Shown here piece after piece: positions 9,349 through 19,528 of a DNA stretch of 64,000 nt (its first letter is position 1; the number at the start of each line of letters is the position of its first letter). The notes beneath the pieces are model-generated. The model was given only the letters and a program-made list of their open reading frames with translations. It searched no databases and was not told the DNA's origin. The translations under genes were made by a program, and so were the position numbers. The stretch lies in NCBI GenBank assembly GCA_029098125.1, contig JAQXNS010000077.1, forward strand, positions 8,445 to 72,444. Reading direction: 5' to 3'. The DNA is from a bacterium. GTDB taxonomy: Bacteria; Bacillota_I; Bacilli_A; RFN20; CAG-826.

Positions 9349-10902
9349 TCAATATATGCCTTCAACTTTCAAAGTTGAGGTGAAGGAATCACCATTATTG
9401 AACGAATAATTATCATTTCCTTGGAAGAAAATTTTGTATTTTTCAAGTGAGAAAGTTGAACCTTCTTTGAATAAAGTTTTGTTCATTTGGTAACCACCGC
9501 TTGAAAAAGTATCTTTATTTGTAGCTTCAATTAGTCGAATTTCATCGTATAAAGCAGTTGAAACATCAACACCAAGAAGTGAAATATATGGATTTGAAAC
9601 ACCTCTTTGATTTGAGATAGGATTAACAAGACGATGTGTTTCATCTACTTTTTGATTTTCATATGGAACACTAAAAATATGTTGTTTATCAGATTTATCA
9701 ACATAATACAATCTGTTGTCGATGTGATAAATTCTTACACCTTTATCATTCATCGCAAGAGGTCTTTCATTATTTAATTTAGTTAATGAATCTTTTTCGT
9801 TTAATCCTTCATTTGTGTAAAGTTCAACAAGAACATATTCACCAAATGGATCAAAATTAGTTCCATCAAATGTGTAGGAGTCGCCAGGAATAACAATCAA
9901 AGCATTTTCATTTTGCATTGAAGAAAGTTCAATTGTTCCATTTCCTAAAGCAACATAAGGTTTTGTCCAACCTAAAACCATTTTGGAATATGAATTATGA
10001 TCGATGATATTTCCATCCATCATATCAACTTTTCCAACTGGATTATATTTAGAATCATCACTATAATAATCACTTAAACCTAAAAAATGTCCCATTTCAT
10101 GAATATATGTATGTGCATCAACTTTTCCATAACCATAATTTTCATACATAAAATCATAACTTGCCCAACCAAATAAGTTGTAAATTGGATCGTTTACATT
10201 GCCTTTTTTGTCTTGATTTCCCCAATAAGTATAAGCCCAATAGTTATAATCATCAGTTACTGGACCATTATTTGTATAATTATGTGCACTATAAATTAGC
10301 CACACACCATCAATATATCCATCTTTATCGTTGTCGTACTTTGTTAAATCAATTTTTTGAACATTTTTTGCCCATTCAACTGCTTTATCAACAACATTTA
10401 ATGTTTCGCTTAATGTAATTGCTGCTGCAGTTGTATAAGTTAAGCCGCCATCTTTTACAATATCAAAAAATGGTGTAACAGTACCTGATAATTTTAATTT
10501 CCCATAAGAAGATTTTTCATAAAACGATGAAACACTTTCAAAACCAGTGTCTTCAGTTTTTCCAAAAAATGCTTTTTCTAAGTCACTTATAACATTTTCT
10601 TGGCTAATTTCAGTGTTGTTTTCTTTATTTGTGTACATTTTTTCGTTGCCAGGAATTGTTACAGGAATAACAAGTAGATTAACATCGCCAGTTGAAGGTA
10701 AAACTTGAGTATTATAATATCTATCTTCACTTAAAGAATGATATGTACGAGAAATATTAATCTCATTTGGAGAATAAATTTTGCCACTTGAATGATTTGA
10801 CGTAATTTCAATCTTTGCTTTTGTTGTATATGGTGAAGAAGAATTGTTACAACTAAATAAAGCAAATGAAAAAACACCAAGAAGAAGGAATTTTTTATTC
10901 AT
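9349..10902 (-). CDS. M6 (immune inhibitor A-like) zinc metalloprotease-domain lipoprotein
   Basis: Lipobox ALFSC. Contains LLVIPV, SVSSFYEKSSYGKL and DGYIDGVWLIY, with Zn motif HEMGHFLGLSDYY, matching the M6 domain pattern. Confidence 0.75.
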   Translation of the reverse strand: MNKKFLLLGVFSFALFSCNNSSSPYTTKAKIEITSNHSSGKIYSPNEINISRTYHSLSEDRYYNTQVLPSTGDVNLLVIPVTIPGNEKMYTNKENNTEISQENVISDLEKAFFGKTEDTGFESVSSFYEKSSYGKLKLSGTVTPFFDIVKDGGLTYTTAAAITLSETLNVVDKAVEWAKNVQKIDLTKYDNDKDGYIDGVWLIYSAHNYTNNGPVTDDYNYWAYTYWGNQDKKGNVNDPIYNLFGWASYDFMYENYGYGKVDAHTYIHEMGHFLGLSDYYSDDSKYNPVGKVDMMDGNIIDHNSYSKMVLGWTKPYVALGNGTIELSSMQNENALIVIPGDSYTFDGTNFDPFGEYVLVELYTNEGLNEKDSLTKLNNERPLAMNDKGVRIYHIDNRLYYVDKSDKQHIFSVPYENQKVDETHRLVNPISNQRGVSNPYISLLGVDVSTALYDEIRLIEATNKDTFSSGGYQMNKTLFKEGSTFSLEKYKIFFQGNDNYSFNNGDSFTSTLKVEGIY

Positions 10903-12616
10903 ATTCTACCTCCGAAATACTTTTAATTTTGATTTTAAATGGCAAAGAATTACCATCGTTAAATGAATATTTTGAATTAAAGAATTGGAAACCAAAATCT
11001 TCAATTGAGAAAACTTTTGAATTAGGTGTAAATAATGTTGAATCATTTGCACAACCATCACTTGAAAAAGAATTGTAACCACTTGATTCAATTAAACGAA
11101 GTTCATCAAAAACATCGTAAGAAGCATCAAGTTGATAAGTTGAACTATCTTGACGTGAATTTGAAATTGGCATTAACACAGCTTCGTTTGATTCAAGATA
11201 ACTACCATCCCATTCAGGATTATCTTTATCATAAACAAGTTTTGTTCCAGAATCACCATAATAAACTCTACATTTAAAAATTCTTCCATCGCAATGATAA
11301 ATTCTTACTCCACTTCTTGTCATAACATCTAAATCTTGTCTGAAGTAGATTTTATCACCATAAGTGTCTTTATAATTTAATCCATCTGGTGTATATAAAT
11401 CGATTAATAAATATTCACTAAAAGGATTGAATTCATATTTAAATGGTTCTTCTTTATTATATTTTGAATAACTCTCAACGCTTGTTGAAATTTCTTGATA
11501 ATTTGAAGGAATAACAATGACATTATGATCACCTTTGTTTGCTGGAGGTAAAATAATTTCACTACTTCCATAAACAACAAAAGGAGTTACCCAACCAAGA
11601 AGCATCTTTGAATAACTATCAAGATCATAAACGTTTTGATCCATCATAGTTAATTTTCCACTTGGTCTATATGTTTGACTATCAGTAGCATAATAATCAT
11701 TTAATCCAAGTAAATGACCAGTTTCATGAATAAAAGTATGTGAATCAAGTAATGTTGTTTCATCCCAAACAGGATATTCAACACTTTCAGTATAGCCATC
11801 TGGAATAATTGACTCATAGGAGCAATATGAAGTGTACATCATATCAAAACTTGCCCATGAAAATCCTGAAGTTGTTGGAGCATGTAGATTTGGTGCAGTT
11901 GAATAATCCCAACCTGTAAAATTCCAAAATGATGTATTTAATTGATTTGAAATTCCATTTTTTGCAGAAAGTAATGCTTCAGTTGACCAATCTAAATGGT
12001 CATAAATTAACCAAACACCATCGATTGATCCATCTCCATGGCCATCAAAGTTGTTATCATACTCTTTGAAGTTGAGATTATATTTTGCTTTTGCCCATTC
12101 TACAGCTTTGTTTAAAATTTGAACAATTGTTCCATTTGTCCCTTGAGTTATATCGTTTGGTCCTTTAATTCCTGCTTCACTAGCATCAAACCAATCAGTA
12201 ACGAGACCTTCAATATTTAGTTTATTAAAACTAGCTTCTTTATAATATTCTTTTACCGACATAAAACCATTCTTTGGATCATTTTCTCCAAACATCATAG
12301 TTTTAATATCTTCAAGAACTTTATCTGTTTTATATTCTTCGCTTCCAGGAATATGAACTGGAATAACAAGTAAATTATTAGTTCCAGTTGATGGAAAAAC
12401 ACTTTCATTATTTGATAAAGTGCCACTTAATGTATCATAAGAGTACTTTAAAGAAACATTTTTTGGCGAAATATAACGAGATTTTGGTGATGTTTCATCA
12501 TTTGCTTTAAAAATTCTCACAGTTGCTGTATCAAGTTTAACTGTATTTTTAACTCCACCTGCACAACTAATTAAAGAAAATAAACTTAATGAGATAAATA
12601 ATAATTTTTTCTTCAT
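10895..12616 (-). CDS. M6 (immune inhibitor A-like) zinc metalloprotease-domain lipoprotein, tandem paralog
   Basis: Lipobox LISC. Contains LLVIPVHIPG, SVKEYYKEASFNKL and HETGHLLGLNDYY. Its stop overlaps the next start by 8 nt (ATGAATAA). Confidence 0.75.
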   Translation of the reverse strand: MKKKLLFISLSLFSLISCAGGVKNTVKLDTATVRIFKANDETSPKSRYISPKNVSLKYSYDTLSGTLSNNESVFPSTGTNNLLVIPVHIPGSEEYKTDKVLEDIKTMMFGENDPKNGFMSVKEYYKEASFNKLNIEGLVTDWFDASEAGIKGPNDITQGTNGTIVQILNKAVEWAKAKYNLNFKEYDNNFDGHGDGSIDGVWLIYDHLDWSTEALLSAKNGISNQLNTSFWNFTGWDYSTAPNLHAPTTSGFSWASFDMMYTSYCSYESIIPDGYTESVEYPVWDETTLLDSHTFIHETGHLLGLNDYYATDSQTYRPSGKLTMMDQNVYDLDSYSKMLLGWVTPFVVYGSSEIILPPANKGDHNVIVIPSNYQEISTSVESYSKYNKEEPFKYEFNPFSEYLLIDLYTPDGLNYKDTYGDKIYFRQDLDVMTRSGVRIYHCDGRIFKCRVYYGDSGTKLVYDKDNPEWDGSYLESNEAVLMPISNSRQDSSTYQLDASYDVFDELRLIESSGYNSFSSDGCANDSTLFTPNSKVFSIEDFGFQFFNSKYSFNDGNSLPFKIKIKSISEVEYE

Positions 12617-12668
12617 ATCTTTATTATATTCTCCTTTATAAACTATAAATATATATAGATAACTTAAA

Positions 12669-12692
12669 GGTCCATAGTCAAAACTATGGACC
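12669..12692 (-). terminator. Hairpin after rplQ (GGTCCATAG-N6-CTATGGACC)
   Basis: Perfect 9-bp stem followed on the minus strand by TTTAAGTT. Sits between rplQ and the lipoprotein operon. The weak T-tract suggests a partial terminator. Confidence 0.5.
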
Positions 12693-12717
12693 CCTCAATT
12701 TTTAAACGAAATTAGAA

Positions 12718-13113
12718 TTAGTCAGCAAGAGTGAGAAGTCTCACAGGAGCATTATCACCTTTTCTATTTTCTAATTTATAGACTCTTAAATAGCCACCAT
12801 TACGTGAACTAAATCTTTTTGCTAAATCATCGAATAATTTAGTTAAAGCAACTGGTTGACCTTCAACATTGTAGTTTCTTAAAACTGCAGCTGCTTGTCT
12901 ACGTGAATGTAAGTCACCTTTCTTAGCAAGAGTAACGAGGTGATCAAATTGTTTGATAACGTCTTTTACCATGCTTGTTGTAACAGTAACTTTTTCAAAA
13001 AGAACTAATTCAGTAACAAGATTTCTGACTTGTCCTTTTTTCTTTGCAGATGTATAAGGTGTCTTAAATCTTACACCACCTTTACCATGTACGTTTTTTC
13101 TACCGTATTGCAT
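12718..13113 (-). CDS. rplQ: 50S ribosomal protein L17
   Basis: LVTLAKKGDLHSRRQAAAVLRN and the position after rpoA. Confidence 0.93.
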   Translation of the reverse strand: MQYGRKNVHGKGGVRFKTPYTSAKKKGQVRNLVTELVLFEKVTVTTSMVKDVIKQFDHLVTLAKKGDLHSRRQAAAVLRNYNVEGQPVALTKLFDDLAKRFSSRNGGYLRVYKLENRKGDNAPVRLLTLAD

Positions 13114-13128
13114 ATATTATCTCTCTCC

Positions 13129-14106
13129 TTAATCTTCTTTGTTATCTTTGAATGAGAGTCCTCTTTCAATAAGTTTGCTCTTAACTTCAAGCAAGGATTT
13201 CTTACCAAGATTTCTAACTTTCATCATTTCTGTTTCAGTCTTTTGTGTTAATTCACTAACTGTACCGATTCCAGCTCTCTTTAAGCAATTGTAACTACGG
13301 ACACTTAAATCTAAGTCTTCAATTGAACCACTAACACTTGTGTCAACAGGTTTTGCTTCAGGATCTTTTTCTAAATCAATTTCACTAAATTTATCATCAA
13401 GTTCTAAGAAGTTTTCAAAATGATATGTAAGGATTTTTGCACTTAATGCAATTGCATCTTGAGGAGCAATTGAACCATTTGTCCAAACTTCAATTGTTAA
13501 TTTATCAAATCTTGGATCGTGACCAACACGAGTTTGTTCAACTTTGTAGTTAACACGTGTAACTGGAGAATAGTTACTATCTGTAGCTATTCCACCACTT
13601 ACTATATTTAATGACTTATTTTCTTCGCTTGTAGCATAACCTCTACCATTTCTCATGTGAAGAGTCATGTGAAGTTTTCCACCAGGAGCGATGTGAGCAA
13701 TAACAAGATCTGGGTTAACAACCTCAACACCAGTTGGCATTTCGATATCGCCAGCTCTTAATTCGCCTTCAGTTGCATTAATTGTTGCTTCGTAATCAGC
13801 TTTTGTGATTACATCACTTTTTAAAACTAAATCTTTGAGATTAAGGATGATTTGTGTTAAATCTTCTTCAACACCTTCTAAAGCAGTGAATTCATGAACA
13901 GCGCCTTCGACTTCAATTGCATAGACGCTAGTACCAGGTAATGATGAAAGAAGAACTCTTCTTAATGCATTGCCAAGTGTCAAGCCGTACCCTCTTTCAA
14001 GTGGTTCGCAAACTACTTTACAATAATTTTCAGAAGTATCAACTACTTTTAATACGTATTTGCACTCTTCAAAAGGGTGAGCAATTTTTAATTCATTTTC
14101 AGCCAT
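13129..14106 (-). CDS. rpoA: DNA-directed RNA polymerase alpha subunit
   Basis: Alpha NTD/CTD sequence (GNALRRVLLSS, SVRSYNCLKRAGI). The ATG at 14106 has an AAGGAGGA SD. The track start at 14160 would overlap rpsK. Confidence 0.95.
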   Translation of the reverse strand: MAENELKIAHPFEECKYVLKVVDTSENYCKVVCEPLERGYGLTLGNALRRVLLSSLPGTSVYAIEVEGAVHEFTALEGVEEDLTQIILNLKDLVLKSDVITKADYEATINATEGELRAGDIEMPTGVEVVNPDLVIAHIAPGGKLHMTLHMRNGRGYATSEENKSLNIVSGGIATDSNYSPVTRVNYKVEQTRVGHDPRFDKLTIEVWTNGSIAPQDAIALSAKILTYHFENFLELDDKFSEIDLEKDPEAKPVDTSVSGSIEDLDLSVRSYNCLKRAGIGTVSELTQKTETEMMKVRNLGKKSLLEVKSKLIERGLSFKDNKED

Positions 14107-14129
14107 TATCTTTTCATCCTCCTTAGATA

Positions 14130-14519
14130 TTAACCGTGTGTTCTTTTTGGTGGACGGCAACCGTTGTGTGGAATTGGAGTTGTATCAACGATTGATGTTA
14201 TTTGAAGACCAGCTTGAGCTAAAGCTCTAACTGCACTTTCTCTACCAGCGCCAGGACCTTTGACGTCGACATCAACACTCTTAATACCTTGTTCAACAGC
14301 TGCTTTACCTGCTGCTTCAGCAGCACTTTGAGCTGCAAAAGGAGTAGATTTTTTAGCACCTTTGAATCCTAATACACCACTTGATGACCAAGCGATTGCA
14401 TTTCCAGCCTCGTCTGTAATTGTGACGATTGTATTGTTGAAGGTTGCGTGAATGTGAGCGACACCTTTACTAAAAGATCTCTTAATTTTCTTTTTACGGG
14501 TAGTTTGTTTTTTAGCCAT
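14130..14519 (-). CDS. rpsK: 30S ribosomal protein S11
   Basis: [18 protein letters not shown] and [11 protein letters not shown]-like C-terminus. Confidence 0.97.
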   Translation of the reverse strand: MAKKQTTRKKKIKRSFSKGVAHIHATFNNTIVTITDEAGNAIAWSSSGVLGFKGAKKSTPFAAQSAAEAAGKAAVEQGIKSVDVDVKGPGAGRESAVRALAQAGLQITSIVDTTPIPHNGCRPPKRTHG

Positions 14520-14534
14520 TTTTTCTACCTCCTA

Positions 14535-14909
14535 TTATTTAACAGCTTCTTTCTTATTAGCGATTGTCTTACGTGGACCTTTTCTAGTTCTTGCATTAGT
14601 CTTTGTTCTTTGACCTCTGACTGGAAGACCTCTTCTATGTCTGATACCACGGTAGCAACCGATTTCTTGAAGACGTTTGATGTTAAGTCCGATTTCTCTT
14701 CTTAAATCACCTTCAACTTTAAGGTGGGAGATTTCGTTTCTAATTCTTGTAATTTCTTCTTCGCTTAAGTCTTTAACTCTTTTTGAAGGATCGACTTTAG
14801 CTTTTTCTAAAATTTGTTTACTTGTTGTAAGTCCAATTCCGAAAACGTAAGTTAAGCTGACGACAACAACCTTATCGTTTGGAATATCAACACCGACTAT
14901 ACGTGCCAT
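14535..14909 (-). CDS. rpsM: 30S ribosomal protein S13
   Basis: [13 protein letters not shown] and [24 protein letters not shown]. Confidence 0.97.
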   Translation of the reverse strand: MARIVGVDIPNDKVVVVSLTYVFGIGLTTSKQILEKAKVDPSKRVKDLSEEEITRIRNEISHLKVEGDLRREIGLNIKRLQEIGCYRGIRHRRGLPVRGQRTKTNARTRKGPRKTIANKKEAVK

Positions 14910-14930
14910 AATCTTTACAATTCTCCTTAA

Positions 14931-15044
14931 TTAACCTTGTCTTTGTTTGTGCTTAGGATTTGAGCAAATAACCATTAATTTGCCATGTCTTTTGATAACT
15001 TTGCACTTGTCACAAATTGGTTTAACGGATGGTCTAACTTTCAT
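14931..15044 (-). CDS. rpmJ: 50S ribosomal protein L36
   Basis: Not in the ORF track (37 aa). Manual translation gives [37 protein letters not shown], with a GGAGG SD upstream. Canonical position between infA and rpsM. Confidence 0.95.
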   Translation of the reverse strand: MKVRPSVKPICDKCKVIKRHGKLMVICSNPKHKQRQG

Positions 15045-15061
15045 AATTACCTCCTAGTAGA

Positions 15062-15280
15062 CTACTTGTGTCTAAAAACTATTCTGCCATTGTTTAAATC
15101 ATAAGGCGATAATTCAACAGTAACCCTATCTCCCGGTAAAATGCGAATGTAATGCATACGGATTTTACCAGAAACAGTGGCATGGATTACTACATCATTT
15201 TCTAACTTTACTTTAAAGTTACAATTTGGTAAAGCTTCTACAACTACCGCCTCAACGGTTATAACATCTTGTTTTGCCAT
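15062..15280 (-). CDS. infA: Translation initiation factor IF-1
   Basis: 72 aa, MAKQDVI...[17 protein letters not shown]1-like fold sequence. Confidence 0.96.
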   Translation of the reverse strand: MAKQDVITVEAVVVEALPNCNFKVKLENDVVIHATVSGKIRMHYIRILPGDRVTVELSPYDLNNGRIVFRHK

Positions 15281-16048
15281 TTAATTTCCTTCCTCTTCTT
15301 TTAAAGTTAAGATTTCATAGCCATTATCAGTCACCGCAACCGTATTTTCATAGTGAGCTGATAGTTTGCCATCTTTAGTTTTAACAGTCCATTCATCATC
15401 TAGAACGATTAAGTCAACCTTTCCTTCATTTACCATAGGTTCAATTGCAATAACCATTCCTTTTTGAAGAACAGGTCCCGTTCCAGGTTTTCCTACATTT
15501 GGAACATAAGGATCTTCATGTACTTTGCATCCAACGCCATGACCAGTGTAATCACTGGTTAATGTGTACCCTTCTTTTTTTGCACACATCTCAATTGCGT
15601 GAGACACATCACCTAGATGGATTCCAGGTTTTACTAATTTAACACCCTCAAAAAATGCATTACGTGTGGTATCAATTAGTTTTTTTGCACTTGGAGAGAT
15701 TTCTCCAACTGGAAATGTGCGGCATGCATCAGCGACATAACCTTTTAATGTAGCCATACAATCATAACTTACGATATCTCCTTCTTTTAAAATTACTTTT
15801 TTAGAAGGAATGCCGTGAATTAAGACGTCGTTTACGCTGATACAAATTGCACCTGGGAATCCTCCATAACCTTTTGCAGAAGGAATTGCTCCTTTTGAAC
15901 GAATAAATCTTTCTGCAATTTTATCGAGTTCCCAAGTAGAGATTCCAGGTTTAGTGTGAGATTCTAAAAGATCGAATAATTCAATCAATATTTTTCCTGC
16001 TTCTTTAATTGAAGCAATCTCACGTTGACTTTTAATAATAATTCCCAT
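15281..16048 (-). CDS. map: Methionine aminopeptidase type I
   Basis: Pita-bread metal ligand context (DIVSYDC, GHGVG, IEPM, ENTV). Confidence 0.93.
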   Translation of the reverse strand: MGIIIKSQREIASIKEAGKILIELFDLLESHTKPGISTWELDKIAERFIRSKGAIPSAKGYGGFPGAICISVNDVLIHGIPSKKVILKEGDIVSYDCMATLKGYVADACRTFPVGEISPSAKKLIDTTRNAFFEGVKLVKPGIHLGDVSHAIEMCAKKEGYTLTSDYTGHGVGCKVHEDPYVPNVGKPGTGPVLQKGMVIAIEPMVNEGKVDLIVLDDEWTVKTKDGKLSAHYENTVAVTDNGYEILTLKEEEGN

Positions 16049-16051
16049 TAA

Positions 16052-16699
16052 TTAGTCCTTCAGCAAGTCATTGACTTTATTAAGAATTTCATCAAGAGGT
16101 TTATCACCATCAAGATCATTTAATAAATCTAAATCTCTATAAAATTTGATAAGTGGTTCAGTTGACTTATGATATTCATTAAGTCTTTCTTTTAAGGTTT
16201 CTTCATTATCATCTTTTCTTTGATAAAGTTCACCTCCACACAAATCACATACACCTTCAACTTTAGGTTGTAAAGTTTTTATATGAAATGGTGCGCCACA
16301 TTTCTTACAAACACGTCTCCCTGATATTCTTTCAACAAGAATTGATTCAGGGACGACAATGTTTAAGACATGATTAACTGGTCTATCAATTTCTTTTCCG
16401 ATTTCTTCAAGTGCTCTAGCTTGTTCTAAAGTACGTGGGAAACCATCAAGAAGATAGCCATTTGCACAATCAGGATTTGATAATCTTTCTTTAACAAGTC
16501 CTATTGTAACATCGTCTGGTACAAGTAAGCCTTTAGAAATATATTCATTAGCGAGCTTTCCTAAACTAGTACCGTTTTTAATAGCTTCTCTAAACATATC
16601 TCCAGTAGAAATATGTGGAATTTTATAAAAACTTGAAATACGTTTTGCGTTTGTTCCTTTTCCAGCTCCAGGTGGGCCCATTAATATAATATTTTTCAT
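16052..16699 (-). CDS. adk: Adenylate kinase (Zn-lid type)
   Basis: GPPGAGKGT P-loop. The lid carries CKKCG...CDLCGG. Confidence 0.95.
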   Translation of the reverse strand: MKNIILMGPPGAGKGTNAKRISSFYKIPHISTGDMFREAIKNGTSLGKLANEYISKGLLVPDDVTIGLVKERLSNPDCANGYLLDGFPRTLEQARALEEIGKEIDRPVNHVLNIVVPESILVERISGRRVCKKCGAPFHIKTLQPKVEGVCDLCGGELYQRKDDNEETLKERLNEYHKSTEPLIKFYRDLDLLNDLDGDKPLDEILNKVNDLLKD

Positions 16700-16708
16700 A
16701 AAGACAGT

Positions 16709-18055
16709 TTACATACCTCCGATTACTTCATCATAACTCTTACCAGCAATTAAACCATTGATTTGGTTATTAAGTTCGAGGGCAACACCAACAACGATGA
16801 TGAGACCTGTACCACCAAGTGCAAGGCTTGAGTCATTACCAAATACACCACTTAGAGTTAAAATAACAGGAAGTGCACTAATAAATGTTAATGAACAAGC
16901 ACCAATTAGTGTAATTCTATTTAAAACTCTACGGACATATTTTTCTGTTTCAATACCTGGACGAATTCCAGGAATGTAGCTTCCATTTTTTTGGAAGTTT
17001 TCAGCAAGTTGAGCAGGATTGATTTGAAGATTCGCATAGAAGAATGTAAATGTGAAGACAAGTATCATATAGATAAATAATCCCCATGGAATCATAACTC
17101 CACCTGTATCAACGAGTTGATTGTATTGGAATATCTTTAGCCATTCAGCATTTGCTGCATCACTTGAAATGAAAGATGCAATAACACTTGGTGCCATTAA
17201 GATACTACTAGCAAAAATGACAGGGATAACTCCAGCGCTATTTACTTTAATAGGAAGGAAACTAGCTTTTGAAATTTTTTCACTTCCTCCACTACGTGTC
17301 GCATGTTGAACTGGTAATTTACGTTTACTTAATTCAATAAATATAACGAACGCAATAATTAAAATAAATGAAAGTATATAAAGTATAAACTGGAATACGC
17401 CTTTTGTTGCTTCAATGTTTCCATGATTCCAACTTTGAAGTACCCATTTTTGGAATGCAGTACTCATTTGATTTGGAAGAGAGCATACAATACCTGCAAA
17501 AATTATAACTGAAATACCATTACCAATACCTTTTGTAGTGATTTGGTCGCCAAGCCACATAACAAGCATAGCTCCAGCAACCATAATCGTAACAATATAA
17601 GCATAAGAGAGGAAATTCTCTTCAAGTGTAAATGTGATCCAAGAAGTATTCTTAGCAGTTTGGATAATACCATAAGCTTGAACAGCAGCAAGCATTAAAG
17701 TTAAATAACGAGTTGCCATTTCAATCTTACGTCTTCCATATTGACCTTGTCTATTTAACTCGGTCAATGCTGGAAGAACATCCATACTAAGGAGTTGGAT
17801 AATAATTTGTGATGTAATGTATGGGGAAACACCGAGGGCAAAAATTGAAAAGTTCTGTAATGCTCCTCCACCAAGCAAATTCATTAATGCTAATACATTG
17901 TTTGAATTACTTTGTAGTTGATTTGAGAATTCACTTGCGTCAATTCCAGGAGTTGGAATAGCACAACCGATTCTAAAAACAAATAAAATCATTACCGTAA
18001 AAAAGATACGGTTAAGGACTTCTTTGTTATTAAAAATTTCAATAAACTTCTTCAT
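16709..18055 (-). CDS. secY: Preprotein translocase SecY
   Basis: Multi-TM protein with SecY signatures, in the canonical position between rplO and adk. Confidence 0.95.
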   Translation of the reverse strand: MKKFIEIFNNKEVLNRIFFTVMILFVFRIGCAIPTPGIDASEFSNQLQSNSNNVLALMNLLGGGALQNFSIFALGVSPYITSQIIIQLLSMDVLPALTELNRQGQYGRRKIEMATRYLTLMLAAVQAYGIIQTAKNTSWITFTLEENFLSYAYIVTIMVAGAMLVMWLGDQITTKGIGNGISVIIFAGIVCSLPNQMSTAFQKWVLQSWNHGNIEATKGVFQFILYILSFILIIAFVIFIELSKRKLPVQHATRSGGSEKISKASFLPIKVNSAGVIPVIFASSILMAPSVIASFISSDAANAEWLKIFQYNQLVDTGGVMIPWGLFIYMILVFTFTFFYANLQINPAQLAENFQKNGSYIPGIRPGIETEKYVRRVLNRITLIGACSLTFISALPVILTLSGVFGNDSSLALGGTGLIIVVGVALELNNQINGLIAGKSYDEVIGGM

Positions 18056-18086
18056 GTTTTGCCTTAGTAAAATTTATACCTATATA

Positions 18087-18530
18087 TTATTTACTAATTT
18101 CAGCTTTAGCGCCACATTTTTCGATCTTTTCAGATGCGGAATTTGAAATTTTATCTGCGACGATTGTAACTTTCTTAGTTAATTCACCATTACCTAAGAC
18201 TTTTAAACCATCATATTCTTTTTGGATAAGACCTTTTTCAAAAAGTGATGTCATTGAAACTGTATCACCATCGTTATAATATTTTTCAATTGTAGCAAGA
18301 TTGATGATTGCGTATTCTTTATGACCAAAGTTTTTAAAACCTCTTTTTGGTAAACGTCTATAAAGTGGTAATTGTCCACCTTCGAATCCAAGTCTGACAC
18401 CACCGCCAGATCTTGAATTTTGACCTTTGTTTCCGCTTCCACCATTTTTGCCAAGTCCACTTCCAAGGCCTCTGCAGCGTCTAATTTTTGTTTTTCTGCT
18501 TCCTTCAGTAGGTTTAAGATTATTTAACAT
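18087..18530 (-). CDS. rplO: 50S ribosomal protein L15
   Basis: [47 protein letters not shown]. Confidence 0.96.
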   Translation of the reverse strand: MLNNLKPTEGSRKTKIRRCRGLGSGLGKNGGSGNKGQNSRSGGGVRLGFEGGQLPLYRRLPKRGFKNFGHKEYAIINLATIEKYYNDGDTVSMTSLFEKGLIQKEYDGLKVLGNGELTKKVTIVADKISNSASEKIEKCGAKAEISK

Positions 18531-19143
18531 CTTCTTCTCCTCCTTTACGTAAAGCCATTACTGCTTTATAGTCTTTTTGGTTAACAAGTGCATCATATGT
18601 TGCACGGATAACATTAATTTTAGTTCTAGAACCATGAACTTTTGAGTAAACGTTTTTAATACCTGAAAGTTCAATGACAGCTCTGACTGGACCACCAGCG
18701 ATAATTCCAGTACCTTCTGGTGCTGGTCTTAAGAAGACTGTTGTAGCACCGAATTTACCAATAATTTCGTGTGGGATTGTGTTTCCTTTGACGATTTTGA
18801 CATCAACGACTTGTCTTTTTGCTTTTTCGACAGCCTTTTTGATTGCGTCTGGGACTTCACCGCTCTTACCAGTTCCAAATCCGAATTTACCTTTACCATT
18901 ACCAATGACGACAAGAGCTGAGAATTTCATTCTCTTACCACCTTTGACAACTTTTGTAACTCTATTGATTTGAACAACTCTTTCTTCGTATTCTTTTACG
19001 ACTTCTTTACGAGGTTGGCGTTGGAAGTTCTTTTTGTTTTTGTTGAATCTTCTTTTGCCATCTTGTGCTTTTTCTTCTTTAGGAGCTGTTGCGTCTTTTG
19101 TTTCTTCAACTTTTTCTGCGACTATGTTTTTATTTTCTTCCAT
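18520..19143 (-). CDS. rpsE: 30S ribosomal protein S5 (with about 45-aa charged N-terminal extension)
   Basis: [29 protein letters not shown] core. AGGAGAAGG SD. Overlaps the rplO start by 11 nt, leaving no room for rpmD. Confidence 0.95.
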   Translation of the reverse strand: MEENKNIVAEKVEETKDATAPKEEKAQDGKRRFNKNKKNFQRQPRKEVVKEYEERVVQINRVTKVVKGGKRMKFSALVVIGNGKGKFGFGTGKSGEVPDAIKKAVEKAKRQVVDVKIVKGNTIPHEIIGKFGATTVFLRPAPEGTGIIAGGPVRAVIELSGIKNVYSKVHGSRTKINVIRATYDALVNQKDYKAVMALRKGGEEDVK

Positions 19144-19154
19144 TGTCCTTCTCC

Positions 19155-19511
19155 TTAGAATTTTAAGCCATTTTCACGAGCAGCTTCAGCAACTGCTGCG
19201 ACACGACCGTGATAAATGTATCCGCCTCTATCGAATACAACATTTTCAATTTTGAGAGCTAAACATTTTTTAGCAATGTCAGCACCGACGAGTTTTGCAG
19301 CTTCGATATTGTTACCGTGTTCTAATTTTAATGATTCACTAGAACTTGAACAAAGTGTAATTCCTTTTGTATCATCGATAACTTGGACTTCAATGTTTTT
19401 ATTTGATCTATAAACACAAAGTCTAGGAGCTTGACTTGTTCCACTAATCTTAGCGCGAACTCTTCTATGTCTTCTAAGTCTTTCTGCGTTTCTATCAACT
19501 TTATTTATCAT
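19155..19511 (-). CDS. rplR: 50S ribosomal protein L18
   Basis: [15 protein letters not shown]...[12 protein letters not shown]. Confidence 0.96.
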   Translation of the reverse strand: MINKVDRNAERLRRHRRVRAKISGTSQAPRLCVYRSNKNIEVQVIDDTKGITLCSSSSESLKLEHGNNIEAAKLVGADIAKKCLALKIENVVFDRGGYIYHGRVAAVAEAARENGLKF

Positions 19512-19528
19512 ATATTATCTAGCTCCTA

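Noticed and set aside
9349-9351. Mycoplasma-type genetic code (TGA = Trp)
   Set aside because: TGA terminates a well-delimited lipoprotein ORF directly before the next gene's SD and start. All conserved proteins are full length under the standard code, with Trp as TGG.
14107-14160. Longer N-termini proposed by the ORF track for rpoA (14160), rpsJ (27483), PFOR (62624), the HTH protein (50532), the lipoprotein at 9365 and the polymerase (48142)
   Set aside because: In each case a downstream ATG is preceded by a proper SD, or the extension overlaps the upstream gene or its SD, or it adds low-complexity residues not seen in the family.
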